Source: an uncultured Zetaproteobacteria bacterium
GTDB taxonomy: Bacteria; Pseudomonadota; Zetaproteobacteria; Mariprofundales; Mariprofundaceae
Direction: 5' to 3'
DNA length: 51,916 nucleotides
NCBI GenBank assembly: GCA_964490955.1
Contig: CAZBEN010000001.1
Location: 1 to 51,916, forward strand
Below, piece by piece: positions 31,946-41,387 of this stretch. Both the position numbers and the translations under genes were made by a program. How positions within the stretch are numbered: position 1 is the stretch's first letter; each line of letters begins with the position of its first letter. The notes under the pieces were generated by a model that saw only the letters and a program-made list of their open reading frames with translations, was not told where the DNA came from and made no database searches.

Positions 31946-32437
31946 TTATTCGTTGAGCTCTTTCATGGTCAGAGTGACCTGATGGTTCACAATATCACCG
32001 GCAGGATTGAATATCTGCTCGGTAAGGAATATGGTATTATCATCTATTTTATCAATTTTCCCGTTGTTTTTCCCCATATAGTTCCCCTGGCGCACAATGT
32101 ATCCTTTTTTGGCAGCATCCTCGATCATGGCCACGCGTTCTCCGCCCATGCTGAAAATGGCCACAAGCCTGAGCACATCGAGATCAAATTTTTCCAGCGG
32201 ATCCCGGTTGCGATTGGCCATGATCCTTTTCTTTTCCAGTAGTGAGGCCTGATGGCTTGCTGCAACACGGGCAAGATAAGAGACAAATGGATCGCGCAGG
32301 TTGGCAAAATCAATTTCCGGAGCCTTGACCATATGCTTCAATGCATCAGGGATATCCGCATCATTGACGGCAGGAGCAGCTATCAGGGGGGAAACGCTTA
32401 GCATGAACCCCAAAATTAGCCATATCAAATACTTCAT
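31946..32437 (-). CDS. pilP: Type IV pilus assembly protein PilP (no Cys, outside the pil operon)
   Basis: RDPF, PLEKFDLDVLRLVAI and GYIVRQGNYMGKNNGKI are PilP-family motifs. Confidence 0.88.
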   Translation of the reverse strand: MKYLIWLILGFMLSVSPLIAAPAVNDADIPDALKHMVKAPEIDFANLRDPFVSYLARVAASHQASLLEKKRIMANRNRDPLEKFDLDVLRLVAIFSMGGERVAMIEDAAKKGYIVRQGNYMGKNNGKIDKIDDNTIFLTEQIFNPAGDIVNHQVTLTMKELNE

Positions 32438-32482
32438 GATGATCTCCCTGCAAGCAGCAGTAACTTACTCACAAGCAATTAC

Positions 32483-32498
32483 AGCAGAATGCTTGCCA
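32483..32498 (-). promoter_or_regulatory. Candidate sigma-54 (-24/-12) promoter for pilP
   Basis: Minus strand TGGCAAGCATTCTGCT (GG-N10-GC; two mismatches to TGGCACG-N4-TTGCW), 45 nt upstream of the start. Confidence 0.55.
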
Positions 32499-32560
32499 CA
32501 TGCAAAGTTTTGTACTGTTACAAAAAAGCCGGCTGCCGGGGAATCGTGACATTTTGGCGG

Positions 32561-33019
32561 TTATCGTTTGCCGGAAGAACCAAACCCTCCGCCGCCGCGT
32601 TTGGTTTCTGACAGTGCATCGACTTGCTGGAAATCTGCCTGTACGAACGGTGCAATAATCATTTGGGCAATACGATCACCGCGTTGAACTGTAAACGCTT
32701 CGCTACCGTGATTGATCAGAATGACGCCAACTTCGCCACGATAATCGGCGTCGATCGTGCCGGGCGAGTTAAGCACGGTGATGCCGTGTTTCAGAGCGAG
32801 ACCTGAACGGGGACGAATCTGCGCTTCGTAATTATCCGGTAGAGCCATGGCAAAGCCGGTTTTTATCAGGGCATGGGTGCCAGGCTCAATGGTGATGTCT
32901 GCATCGACAGCGGCGCGCAAATCAGCGCCGGCGGCATGTGTAGTGGCGTAAAAGGGGAGATCAATGCCTTCGCCATGCGGTAGTTTTTGTATGTGGACGG
33001 CGGGGTTTTGGTGGCTCAT
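32561..33019 (-). CDS. dut: dUTP diphosphatase
   Basis: [26 protein letters not shown] and [10 protein letters not shown]. Confidence 0.97.
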   Translation of the reverse strand: MSHQNPAVHIQKLPHGEGIDLPFYATTHAAGADLRAAVDADITIEPGTHALIKTGFAMALPDNYEAQIRPRSGLALKHGITVLNSPGTIDADYRGEVGVILINHGSEAFTVQRGDRIAQMIIAPFVQADFQQVDALSETKRGGGGFGSSGKR

Positions 33020-34197
33020 GTATGCATCTCCGTAATATGATTGATAATCTGTTCAGCAAACTCAATTTTTGTTCCGGCTTTCATAAGCTGTTCTTCATTG
33101 CAGCTAACCCACCAGCCGCTGGCGCTGTCACTACTCATGTTTGAAACGTCATTGGCAACGATGGCATCCACTTGTTTTTGCAGTAGTTTTGCTTTGGCAT
33201 ATTCGAGATGATTCGAACTCTCAGCTGCAAACGCAATGACTTTTGAGGGTCTGGCATTCATGGTGGCAATATGGGCGATAATGTCAGGGTTGGCAGTCAA
33301 TTCAAGGTGCATGGTGGATGTGTTGCCGCGTTTCAGTTTTTCCGCATGAGGCTCGCTAAAACGGAAATCACTGACGGCAGCCGTGCCGATAAATATATCC
33401 GCTCCGGCAGCCTCCCGTTCACAAGCAGTAAACATGTCTTCTGCCGATTCGACATCACGGCGTTTTACTTTCGGGTGCGTATCCGGTGTGCCCGGTCCGG
33501 CGATAAAAGAGACATTTGCCCCTCTGATAGCAGCTAGGTCAGCGAGCATCGCTCCCAGCTTGCCACTGGCACGGTTAGTTAGAATACGCACAGGGTCCCA
33601 TGATTCTACGGTCGGGCCAGCGTTAATCACCCAGCGCTGGCCGTGTAACTGCTGTTCTGTGACCAGCGGCAGCAATGCGGAGTAAATGGTATCCAGTTCG
33701 GCCAGTCTGCCCGGACCCTGTTCACCGCAGGCCAGTTCACCTTTGGCCGGGCCTACGGTTTGCATGCCGCGCTGCTTCAGCGTTGTCATATTGCGCTGGG
33801 TGGCCTCGGATTCCCACATCGAGGTATTCATGGCCGGCGCCAGCAATACCGGTTTGTCGCAGACCTGCATGATCGTGGTTAGCAAGTCATCGGCGATGCC
33901 GTGCGCTATTCGTGCCAGCAGGCTGGCTGTAGCTGGCGCGATAACCAACGCATCAGCTTGACGCGCCAGCGCGATATGCCCCATCTCACGTTCGGATGTC
34001 AGGTCAAATAATTCAGTAAATACCTGATTGCCAGTAAGCGCTTCAAAGGTGAGCGGGGTAACAAATTCGCAGGCGGATCTGGTCATCACGCAATGCACAT
34101 CCGCACCGGCCTTGCTCAGCATGCGCGCCAGTTCGGCCACCTTGTAGACGGCGATGCCGCCGCCGATGCCAATGAGGATTCTTTTACCATTCAACAT
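33016..34197 (-). CDS. coaBC: Bifunctional phosphopantothenoylcysteine decarboxylase/synthetase
   Basis: [36 protein letters not shown] and AAVSDF. Confidence 0.96.
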   Translation of the reverse strand: MLNGKRILIGIGGGIAVYKVAELARMLSKAGADVHCVMTRSACEFVTPLTFEALTGNQVFTELFDLTSEREMGHIALARQADALVIAPATASLLARIAHGIADDLLTTIMQVCDKPVLLAPAMNTSMWESEATQRNMTTLKQRGMQTVGPAKGELACGEQGPGRLAELDTIYSALLPLVTEQQLHGQRWVINAGPTVESWDPVRILTNRASGKLGAMLADLAAIRGANVSFIAGPGTPDTHPKVKRRDVESAEDMFTACEREAAGADIFIGTAAVSDFRFSEPHAEKLKRGNTSTMHLELTANPDIIAHIATMNARPSKVIAFAAESSNHLEYAKAKLLQKQVDAIVANDVSNMSSDSASGWWVSCNEEQLMKAGTKIEFAEQIINHITEMHT

Positions 34198-34219
34198 ATC
34201 TATAGCCTTGAACTACAAG

Positions 34220-34702
34220 TTATGACTGAAGCTCCTTCAGCGTGTTGAGGACGGTTTCGACGTGATCTTTGACGCGGACCTTGCGCCATGCAAAGGCGAT
34301 ATCGCCTTCCGGGTTGATAATGAAGGTGGAGCGTTCGACGCCAAGATATTCCCTGCCGTAATTCTTTTTGAGTTGCAATACGTCAAAGGCCTTGCACAGG
34401 GCTTCTTCGGTATCTGCCATGAGTGGAAAGTTCAGCCCCTGTTTCTCGGTGAAGCGGGCATGCGATTTAGCTGAATCGCGACTTACACCGGTCACAGCGG
34501 CGTTGGCACCCGTAAAATCGGATAATGCATCGCGGAATCCACACGATTCGGTCGTACATCCCGGTGTGCTGTCCTTGGGATAGAAATAGAGAATGATCCA
34601 TTGGCCTTTTAGATCAGCCAGTTTCAGACGTCCTTCAGGCCAGGTATCCAGTTCAATATCTGCTGGCGCGGCATCGCCGGGGTTGATGTTGTAATCTGCC
34701 AT
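34220..34702 (-). CDS. bcp: Peroxiredoxin Bcp/PrxQ
   Basis: FYPKDSTPGCTTESCGF, GVSRD and RSTFII. Confidence 0.93.
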   Translation of the reverse strand: MADYNINPGDAAPADIELDTWPEGRLKLADLKGQWIILYFYPKDSTPGCTTESCGFRDALSDFTGANAAVTGVSRDSAKSHARFTEKQGLNFPLMADTEEALCKAFDVLQLKKNYGREYLGVERSTFIINPEGDIAFAWRKVRVKDHVETVLNTLKELQS

Positions 34703-34765
34703 GACTGTTACCTCGATTTGAATTTGTTAGCGTTGGCGCGAAACCGTAGCGCAAGGGGCCATTGA

Positions 34766-35719
34766 ATGCAGCAAGAAACCACAAAGATTACACCGAAATC
34801 GATCTTACTGGCAGAGCCACGTGGTTTCTGTGCCGGCGTGGATCGGGCTATTGAAATCGTCGAGCGGGCATTGCAGGTCTATGGCGCACCGGTCTATGTG
34901 CGACATGAAATAGTACATAACCGTTTTGTGGTCGATGGTTTGCGTGCCAAGGGGGCCGTGTTTGTTGAAAGCATGGATGATGTGCCGGATGGATCATTGC
35001 TGATTTTTTCCGCCCATGGTGTCAGCAAGGCTGTGCGCGAGGCAGGTTCCAGGCGCGATTTGCATATTATCGATGCGACCTGTCCGTTGGTCACCAAGGT
35101 ACATCTGGAGTTACTGCGTCATTATACCAACGGGCTACAGGTCGTATTAATCGGCCATGCCGGGCATCCGGAAGTCGAGGGAACGATGGGGCAGGCACCG
35201 GAAGGGGCGGTGTTGTTGATTTCCGAACCGGAAGATGTGGCTGGCTTGCAAGTGAACAACCCCGAAAAACTGGCATTTGTGACGCAAACGACCCTGAGCG
35301 TGGATGATACACGCGAGGTACTGGATGCGTTGAAAGCGAGGTTCCCTAATATTATCGGGCCGAAACGTGAGGATATCTGTTATGCCACCAGCAATCGACA
35401 GGAAGCGGTCAAGGCGCTGGCCCATCAATGCGATGTGGTCCTGGTGATCGGTTCGAAAAATTCATCCAACTCCAACCGCCTGCGTGAGGTGGCTGAACGT
35501 GCAGGAAGTTATGCGTATTTGATAGATGGTCCGGATGATATTGATATCAACTGGTTTTCAGCGGATACAAAAGTGGGTATCACAGCAGGTGCTTCAGCGC
35601 CCGAAAGGTTGGTTAAACAGGTTGCAGGTTGGCTCAGTGAACATGGGTTTTCGAATATTGATACACTTACAGTCAAGGAAGAAAATGTAACTTTTATACT
35701 GCCGGAAGAACTGCGTTAA
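34766..35719 (+). CDS. ispH: 4-hydroxy-3-methylbut-2-enyl diphosphate reductase
   Basis: [37 protein letters not shown] and TAGASAP. Confidence 0.97.
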   Translation: MQQETTKITPKSILLAEPRGFCAGVDRAIEIVERALQVYGAPVYVRHEIVHNRFVVDGLRAKGAVFVESMDDVPDGSLLIFSAHGVSKAVREAGSRRDLHIIDATCPLVTKVHLELLRHYTNGLQVVLIGHAGHPEVEGTMGQAPEGAVLLISEPEDVAGLQVNNPEKLAFVTQTTLSVDDTREVLDALKARFPNIIGPKREDICYATSNRQEAVKALAHQCDVVLVIGSKNSSNSNRLREVAERAGSYAYLIDGPDDIDINWFSADTKVGITAGASAPERLVKQVAGWLSEHGFSNIDTLTVKEENVTFILPEELR

Positions 35720-35769
35720 CGAAGCATTTTACCTCACCCCGGGATGAATACATATTTTACAATAACAGG

Positions 35770-35844
35770 CTCCTGACGACAGTTGTTGTAACATCAGTCG
35801 TCAGGAGGGAAACACTGAATCACTGCTTCCATGCAGTGATTCAG
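35770..35844. other. Two adjacent perfect hairpins (terminator, 3' UTR or sRNA structure)
   Basis: ctcctgacgac/gtcgtcaggag (11 bp, 35770-35807) and ctgaatcactgc/gcagtgattcag (12 bp, 35815-35844). Confidence 0.8.
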
Positions 35845-35900
35845 CATCATGTTGCGAAAATGGCACCCCCCGGCTCCGTCAGATACCACGATTGTGCAAA

Positions 35901-36095
35901 TCAAACAGTTTTCAGATGGTGAATCATCAGTTTTAAATCGCCCATGTTGATAGTCTGCCCGTGTTCAACATTATGTTTTTTCAAAAAGAATGTGCGGCCA
36001 CCACGGTGTTCCAGTACTGTTTTCGCGCGGGCTGAGGAGCCGAATTTCTGTTCGGTTGCTTCAAAATAAGATGTAATCGTTTGTTTAATGATCAT
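35901..36095 (-). CDS. Small hypothetical protein (64 aa)
   Basis: AAGGAG RBS 6 nt before ATG; MIIKQTITSYFEATEQKFG...HHLKTV; no family recognised. Confidence 0.7.
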   Translation of the reverse strand: MIIKQTITSYFEATEQKFGSSARAKTVLEHRGGRTFFLKKHNVEHGQTINMGDLKLMIHHLKTV

Positions 36096-36122
36096 ATTAA
36101 GCTCCTTGTAAAAATTTTCTGC

Positions 36123-36177
36123 ATGGTGAAAATGAATGATGACATGATGTTGACAGGCAGATGACATCTGTGTGGCA
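36123..36177 (-). promoter_or_regulatory. Four 11-bp-phased direct repeats (Pho-box-like) plus candidate -10
   Basis: Minus strand TGCCA-N6-TGTCA-N6-TGTCA-N6-TGTCAT, then 10 nt, then CACCAT. Confidence 0.7.
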
Positions 36178-36308
36178 ACATGGAAATAGAAATCACGGGC
36201 CATTCAAAACCCGGAGATGAATAAACAGGTTAAAAACCCTTTCGTTCGCTGATATGCTCAGCCCGGGCAGCAGTTGATACGGCAAAGAACAGGCAATGGA
36301 GGTTCCTC

Positions 36309-36956
36309 ATGGGGCGGATTCATCGTTACGAAGGAGAGGAGGTCATTGTTGAATTCGACCTCTCTCGCTGTATTCATACAGGTGATTGCAGCCGTGATCT
36401 TTCCGAAGTATTTAATACCAAACGCAGTGGTCGCTGGGTGAAGCCGGATGCTGCACCAGTTGCAGATGTTGCACGTATTTGTGCTCAGTGTCCGACCGGA
36501 GCACTGAGCTGTATCAGTAAATCAACAAACCAGCCGATGGATGTGCCACCGGATCACAATACGGTACAACCGATAGCTGATGGTCCGCTTTATGTGCATG
36601 CAGACATGACAGTAAACGGCAAGTCAGGGCGAGGCTATCGCGCCGCTTTCTGCCGTTGCGGAGCGTCACGGCTTATGCCTTACTGCGATAACACCCACCG
36701 GGAAACCGGGTTCCATGATGCGGGTGATGTTGCTGTGGTGATGCCGTCAAAAAAGGCTGATGAAGATGGCAAGCTGGAGATTAACACCATTCCCGACGGA
36801 CCGCTTATGATTCAGGGAGCGTTTACACTGGTCGATGGTTCCGGCCATGAGACCTGTACCAATTCAGGAATCGCAATGTGCCGCTGTGGAGCTTCGAATA
36901 TGAAGCCATATTGCGATGGCTCCCACACATTTTCCGGTTTTCAATCCGGTAAATGA
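36309..36956 (+). CDS. Iron-sulfur protein: divergent 4Fe-4S (Fer4_19/YjdI-like) domain plus two CDGSH domains
   Basis: CIHTGDC...CPTGAL; CRCGASRLMPYCDNTH; CRCGASNMKPYCDGSH; GGAGG RBS. Confidence 0.9.
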   Translation: MGRIHRYEGEEVIVEFDLSRCIHTGDCSRDLSEVFNTKRSGRWVKPDAAPVADVARICAQCPTGALSCISKSTNQPMDVPPDHNTVQPIADGPLYVHADMTVNGKSGRGYRAAFCRCGASRLMPYCDNTHRETGFHDAGDVAVVMPSKKADEDGKLEINTIPDGPLMIQGAFTLVDGSGHETCTNSGIAMCRCGASNMKPYCDGSHTFSGFQSGK

Positions 36957-37015
36957 AAAGTGCGGATAAGCTGTTTGCGTTGAAAGGAGAACCCTGCTTG
37001 GGGGGGTGGGTCAGG

Positions 37016-37669
37016 TCAGCACAGGAAATTCAGTGTTTGATCGAGGGGGCCTTCGTTGATGCAATACTGTGCCACAGCTTGCACCTTGGGTTTGGCATGG
37101 AAGGCGATGCCGAGTCCCGCAGCCTGAATCATCGGCAAATCATTGGCGCCATCGCCGATGGCGACAGTCTGGGTTAACGGGATGCTGTAAATTTCCGCCT
37201 GCTCCAACAGGCAGCGGCGTTTGGTTTCAGCATCGACAATATCGCCAATAATGCCGCCGGTCAGTTTACCATCCCTGATATCGAGAACGTTGGACCGGGT
37301 GAAGTCGAGTTGCAGTCTTTTTTCAAGCTTATCTGTGAAATAGGTGAAGCCGCCAGAGACCAGGCCGATCTTCCAGCCATGTTGCTTGAGGGTCGTGATC
37401 AGTGGCTCGGCGCCCTGGGTGAGTTCAATGCATTGTTCATAGACCTGATCCAGCACGCTGGCATCAAGTCCGCTGAGTAACTGAACCCGTTCGGTCAGTG
37501 ATTCTGCGAAATCCAGTTCGCCGCGCATGGCACGTTCGGTAATCTCGGAAATCTGTGTTTTGATGCCCAGAAATCCGGCAATTTCGTCAATGCATTCGCA
37601 CTGGATCAGTGTTGAATCCATGTCCATAAACAATAAGCCGGGCTGGGAAAGGGTAGGGCAAGTACACAT
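37016..37669 (-). CDS. serB: Phosphoserine phosphatase (short, catalytic domain only)
   Basis: DMDSTLIQCECIDE, ITERAMRGELDF, VSGGF and GDGANDL; start uncertain (ORF open to 37729). Confidence 0.9.
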   Translation of the reverse strand: MCTCPTLSQPGLLFMDMDSTLIQCECIDEIAGFLGIKTQISEITERAMRGELDFAESLTERVQLLSGLDASVLDQVYEQCIELTQGAEPLITTLKQHGWKIGLVSGGFTYFTDKLEKRLQLDFTRSNVLDIRDGKLTGGIIGDIVDAETKRRCLLEQAEIYSIPLTQTVAIGDGANDLPMIQAAGLGIAFHAKPKVQAVAQYCINEGPLDQTLNFLC

Positions 37670-37832
37670 GGCAAGCATGCTGCCAAGCTTGGAACAAAAG
37701 CAAAAGCATTTCACATATCTTTCAATCACAAGGAGAACTGAACCGGAATATTCAGCTATAAATATGTTCTGAAAAAACCTGATTTGCCCATGTTTTCATC
37801 AATGCCCTATGAGATCCCCGTACTTCCGCGAT

Positions 37833-40800
37833 TCAATCCTTGAGTAACTCATCGAGGAATTTGATGCAGTCTTTTAGTTGCCCACGTTTATCATCTGATG
37901 TATGTAACAAAGTGAGATTACCATCCGGAGTGAGTCGGAAACGGTTGGGTTCTTTCTGGACGCGCATCAGCATTTTGCCGGGGTCAATATGGAATTCTGC
38001 AGTAAAATGGAGACGCATACCCATATTACCCTCCTTGATGGCAGCAAGCCCGAGTTCGGAGGCACGCCAGCGGATACGCTGTTGTTCGAGACAGTATTTG
38101 GCTTTATCCGGCATGCGCCCAAAGCGGTCGGTCATTTCCTCAAATAACAGTGCAATCTGAGCATCATCTTCAGCTTGTGAAATCCGCCTGTACAGGTTCA
38201 GCCGTTCACCTGTCTGCGGTATATAATCCAGTGGCAGGATGGCATTGATGCCCAGATGAACATCGACAGGTTGTTTCGGTTTGACGTGTTCACCGCGTGC
38301 TTCGGCTACTGCTGTTGCAAGCATATCCATGTACATATCCAGCCCGATCTCTTCGATGCGGCCACTTTGTTCCGCACCTAACAGGTTACCTGCACCACGA
38401 ATTTCCATGTCCTGCCTCGCCAGCAGGAAACCGGCTCCGAGTTCAGTGTGTTCGGCAATGGCTTGCAAGCGTTCGCGTGCGTCGGCTGTCATGGCGCGTG
38501 CGTCGGGTGTGAACAGGTAAGCATAGGCCTGGCGGTGGCTACGTCCGACCCGGCCTCTGATTTGATGCAGTTGCGACAATCCGAGTAGGTCGGCGCGTTC
38601 GACAATCAGGGTATTGGCATTGGGTACATCCAGCCCTGATTCGACAATCGTAGTGCAGACAAGCATATGCAGTCGACCCTCGTAGAAGGCCATCATCTGT
38701 CGGTCCAGTTCAGCTGGACTCATCTGGCCATGGGCAATGCCGATTTCTGCTTCCGGAACGTCTTCTCTCAATCTGGCTGCAATGCGTTCGATACTTTTAA
38801 CATGATTGTGCAGATAATAAATTTGACCGCCGCGATAGAGTTCGCGCCGGATCGCTTCAGCAGCAATATGCGGGTCAAAGCTGGATACCATGGTGCGAAT
38901 GGCTTCCCGTTCAGCCGGTGGTGTGCTGATAATTGATACGGTGCGAAGGCCTGACAAGGTCTGGTGCAACGTGCGGGGGATGGGTGTGGCCGTCAAGGTG
39001 AGCAAGTCCACGCTGGTGTGTAATGTTTTCAGCTTTTGTTTGTGTTTGACACCAAAGCGTTGTTCTTCATCGACAATGACCAGGCCGAGATCGGCGAATT
39101 TGAATTGTTCCGACAGCAAACGATGGGTGCCGACGATGATGCGGGTATTACCACCGGCCAGTTCGCGAACGATGTGGTCGGTATCCTTCTTGCCCTGTAA
39201 ACGGGAAATCAATGCAACGTTTAGATCAGCACCGGAGAAACGCTCGGAAAAACTGGCATAATGCTGATTGGCCAGCACAGTGGTTGGCGTCAGTACAGCG
39301 ACCTGCCGGCCCGAGGCGGCCACGATAAATGCTGCCCGCATGGCAACTTCTGTCTTACCGAAACCGACATCACCGCAGATGACCCTATCCATTGGCTTGT
39401 TACTGGAGAGGTCACGCATAATAGCATCAATGCTTTCTGCCTGATCATCGGTTTCCTCATACGGGAAACGGGCCGCAAACTCTTCATAGGCCTGCATGAT
39501 TGGGCCCTGCATAGAGTAGGGCGTACGCGTATTTCCGCTTCGTGCAGCTTCAACTTCGATAAGTTCGTGTGCCATGGACAACAAGTCGTGCTTGACCCGT
39601 TCACGGGTTCTCTTCCATTTCTCGGAACCCAGCTTATTGAGACTGGGTAATTCATCACCCGTATACCGATGCAGCCGTGCCAACTCCTCAACGGGTACGA
39701 ACACATGGGTTTTGTCAGCATATTCAATCTTGATGAAATCAGCGATTTCATTTTCATCGCCAAGGCTTTCCAGTCCCTGATAGCGACCAATGCCATGGTC
39801 TTCATGCACCACTGGGTCACCCGGATTCAGCTCAGCCAGCGATGTAAAAACATCAGCGCGGAGCACGGTAGTGTTGCGGCTGCGTTTGCGTGGCAGATGT
39901 TGGCCGAGCAATTCGCGGCCAGTCAGAAATAACAGTTTCTGCGCCGGTATGGCAAAACCGCTATCAAGATAACCGATAGTGGAGCTCAGTGGCAAACCGG
40001 CGCAATCAACCAGTGACGGGCAAACTGCAACGTTGGCGATATCCGCACAAGCTTCAATCATACGCTCCTGCTGTCCGAGACCATGGGCGATCAGATTCAG
40101 CTTCCAGCCTGCATCCAGTTTCTTTTTCAGTAATGTGCGCATGGCCTGAACAGGGTGAGTACGATCAGTAAAATCGCTCAGTGCCGGTGCAGCAGCTGTT
40201 TTAGGTATGTCTGTTTTTGGCAGAGACGTTGCCTTGATGGCTGTTTCCACAGCATATAGCTCTTGCGGGCTGATACTTGGTTCAGCGCTGGCACGCACCA
40301 TTTCAAACTGAGCTCTCACTTGTACGGCAAAATTTCGCATGTGTGTTTCGATATCACGATCAGCATAAATATAACAACTTTCGGGTAGATAATCGAACAG
40401 GCGCGCAGTTTGCGTATAAGTCAGCGGCAATAATGCTTCGATGCCTGGATGCGGGCGTCCGGCCTGCACTGCAGTCAGCATTGGATGTGTGCGCAGTTGT
40501 GGAAAACGGGCGCGAAATGCTGCAATAAAGGTGTCACGGCCCGGCTTGTCTAGAATCACTTCACGTACTGGCACCGAGGTGAAAGCATCCAGATTCTCGC
40601 CCGAACGCTGCGTTTCCGGATCGAAACGGCGAATCGATTCGATATCGTCACCAAACAGGTCAATACGTAATGGTGTTTCTTCGGTAGCCGGCCAGATATC
40701 GAACAAACCACCACGAGCGGCAAATTCACCCGGAGCCAACACGCGTTCGGCTGTCATCATACCAGCTTCGGCTAAACGCGTTTTCAAACTGATAATATCC

Positions 40801-41198
40801 AGGGGCATATTTATTTTCAGTTGCCAGACATGGGCAGCGACCGTTTCCGGTGGAGCAATACGTTGAAGCCAGGCCGGCAGTGCCGTCAATACCAGACCTT
40901 TTGGCTCGGGCGTATTGAGCAGTCGCCCCAGCGTGGAAAATCGTTCACCGACAATACCGTGATATGGGGAAACACGGTCGTAGGGCAGCACTTCCCATGC
41001 TGGAAATCGCCACAACAGTTCGGGTTGGTCTTGCAGAAAAAAGGCGATTTCTTCGGTCAGCTGACGGTAGCTGCGCAAGTCAGGGCATATCCAGACATGT
41101 AAACGGTTCGAGCGTGCCATGCCTGCCAGATGCCAGGCCAGTCCGGTTAAAGGGTGTGGAAATGTTTGGTTCTGTTGATTGTTTGTTGCTGTACTCAT
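37833..41198 (-). CDS. mfd: Transcription-repair coupling factor
   Basis: GDPVVHEDHGIG, CGDVGFGKTEVA, DEEQRFGV, TATPIPRT and QIRGRVGRS; start MSTAT assumed. Confidence 0.97.
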   Translation of the reverse strand: MSTATNNQQNQTFPHPLTGLAWHLAGMARSNRLHVWICPDLRSYRQLTEEIAFFLQDQPELLWRFPAWEVLPYDRVSPYHGIVGERFSTLGRLLNTPEPKGLVLTALPAWLQRIAPPETVAAHVWQLKINMPLDIISLKTRLAEAGMMTAERVLAPGEFAARGGLFDIWPATEETPLRIDLFGDDIESIRRFDPETQRSGENLDAFTSVPVREVILDKPGRDTFIAAFRARFPQLRTHPMLTAVQAGRPHPGIEALLPLTYTQTARLFDYLPESCYIYADRDIETHMRNFAVQVRAQFEMVRASAEPSISPQELYAVETAIKATSLPKTDIPKTAAAPALSDFTDRTHPVQAMRTLLKKKLDAGWKLNLIAHGLGQQERMIEACADIANVAVCPSLVDCAGLPLSSTIGYLDSGFAIPAQKLLFLTGRELLGQHLPRKRSRNTTVLRADVFTSLAELNPGDPVVHEDHGIGRYQGLESLGDENEIADFIKIEYADKTHVFVPVEELARLHRYTGDELPSLNKLGSEKWKRTRERVKHDLLSMAHELIEVEAARSGNTRTPYSMQGPIMQAYEEFAARFPYEETDDQAESIDAIMRDLSSNKPMDRVICGDVGFGKTEVAMRAAFIVAASGRQVAVLTPTTVLANQHYASFSERFSGADLNVALISRLQGKKDTDHIVRELAGGNTRIIVGTHRLLSEQFKFADLGLVIVDEEQRFGVKHKQKLKTLHTSVDLLTLTATPIPRTLHQTLSGLRTVSIISTPPAEREAIRTMVSSFDPHIAAEAIRRELYRGGQIYYLHNHVKSIERIAARLREDVPEAEIGIAHGQMSPAELDRQMMAFYEGRLHMLVCTTIVESGLDVPNANTLIVERADLLGLSQLHQIRGRVGRSHRQAYAYLFTPDARAMTADARERLQAIAEHTELGAGFLLARQDMEIRGAGNLLGAEQSGRIEEIGLDMYMDMLATAVAEARGEHVKPKQPVDVHLGINAILPLDYIPQTGERLNLYRRISQAEDDAQIALLFEEMTDRFGRMPDKAKYCLEQQRIRWRASELGLAAIKEGNMGMRLHFTAEFHIDPGKMLMRVQKEPNRFRLTPDGNLTLLHTSDDKRGQLKDCIKFLDELLKD

Positions 41199-41387
41199 TG
41201 GGCCGCGCATACTGCCGCAGTATAGCAGCTGGCGCAGCAATGAAGTCTTGTCAGAAGCTGTTTACACGAATTGGTTTGCGAGATTTTGGAGCAAGGCGCT
41301 AAAGTGCCATGGTATTGAATCAGCATTTCATGCGTCTGATAGCTGGTGTAGGGTGTCGCGGCGCAAAAACGGAAGGGAGCTTTGGCG

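Noticed and set aside
37016-37729. serB as a truncated pseudogene
   Set aside because: All HAD motifs are intact, and ACT-less phosphoserine phosphatases are known.
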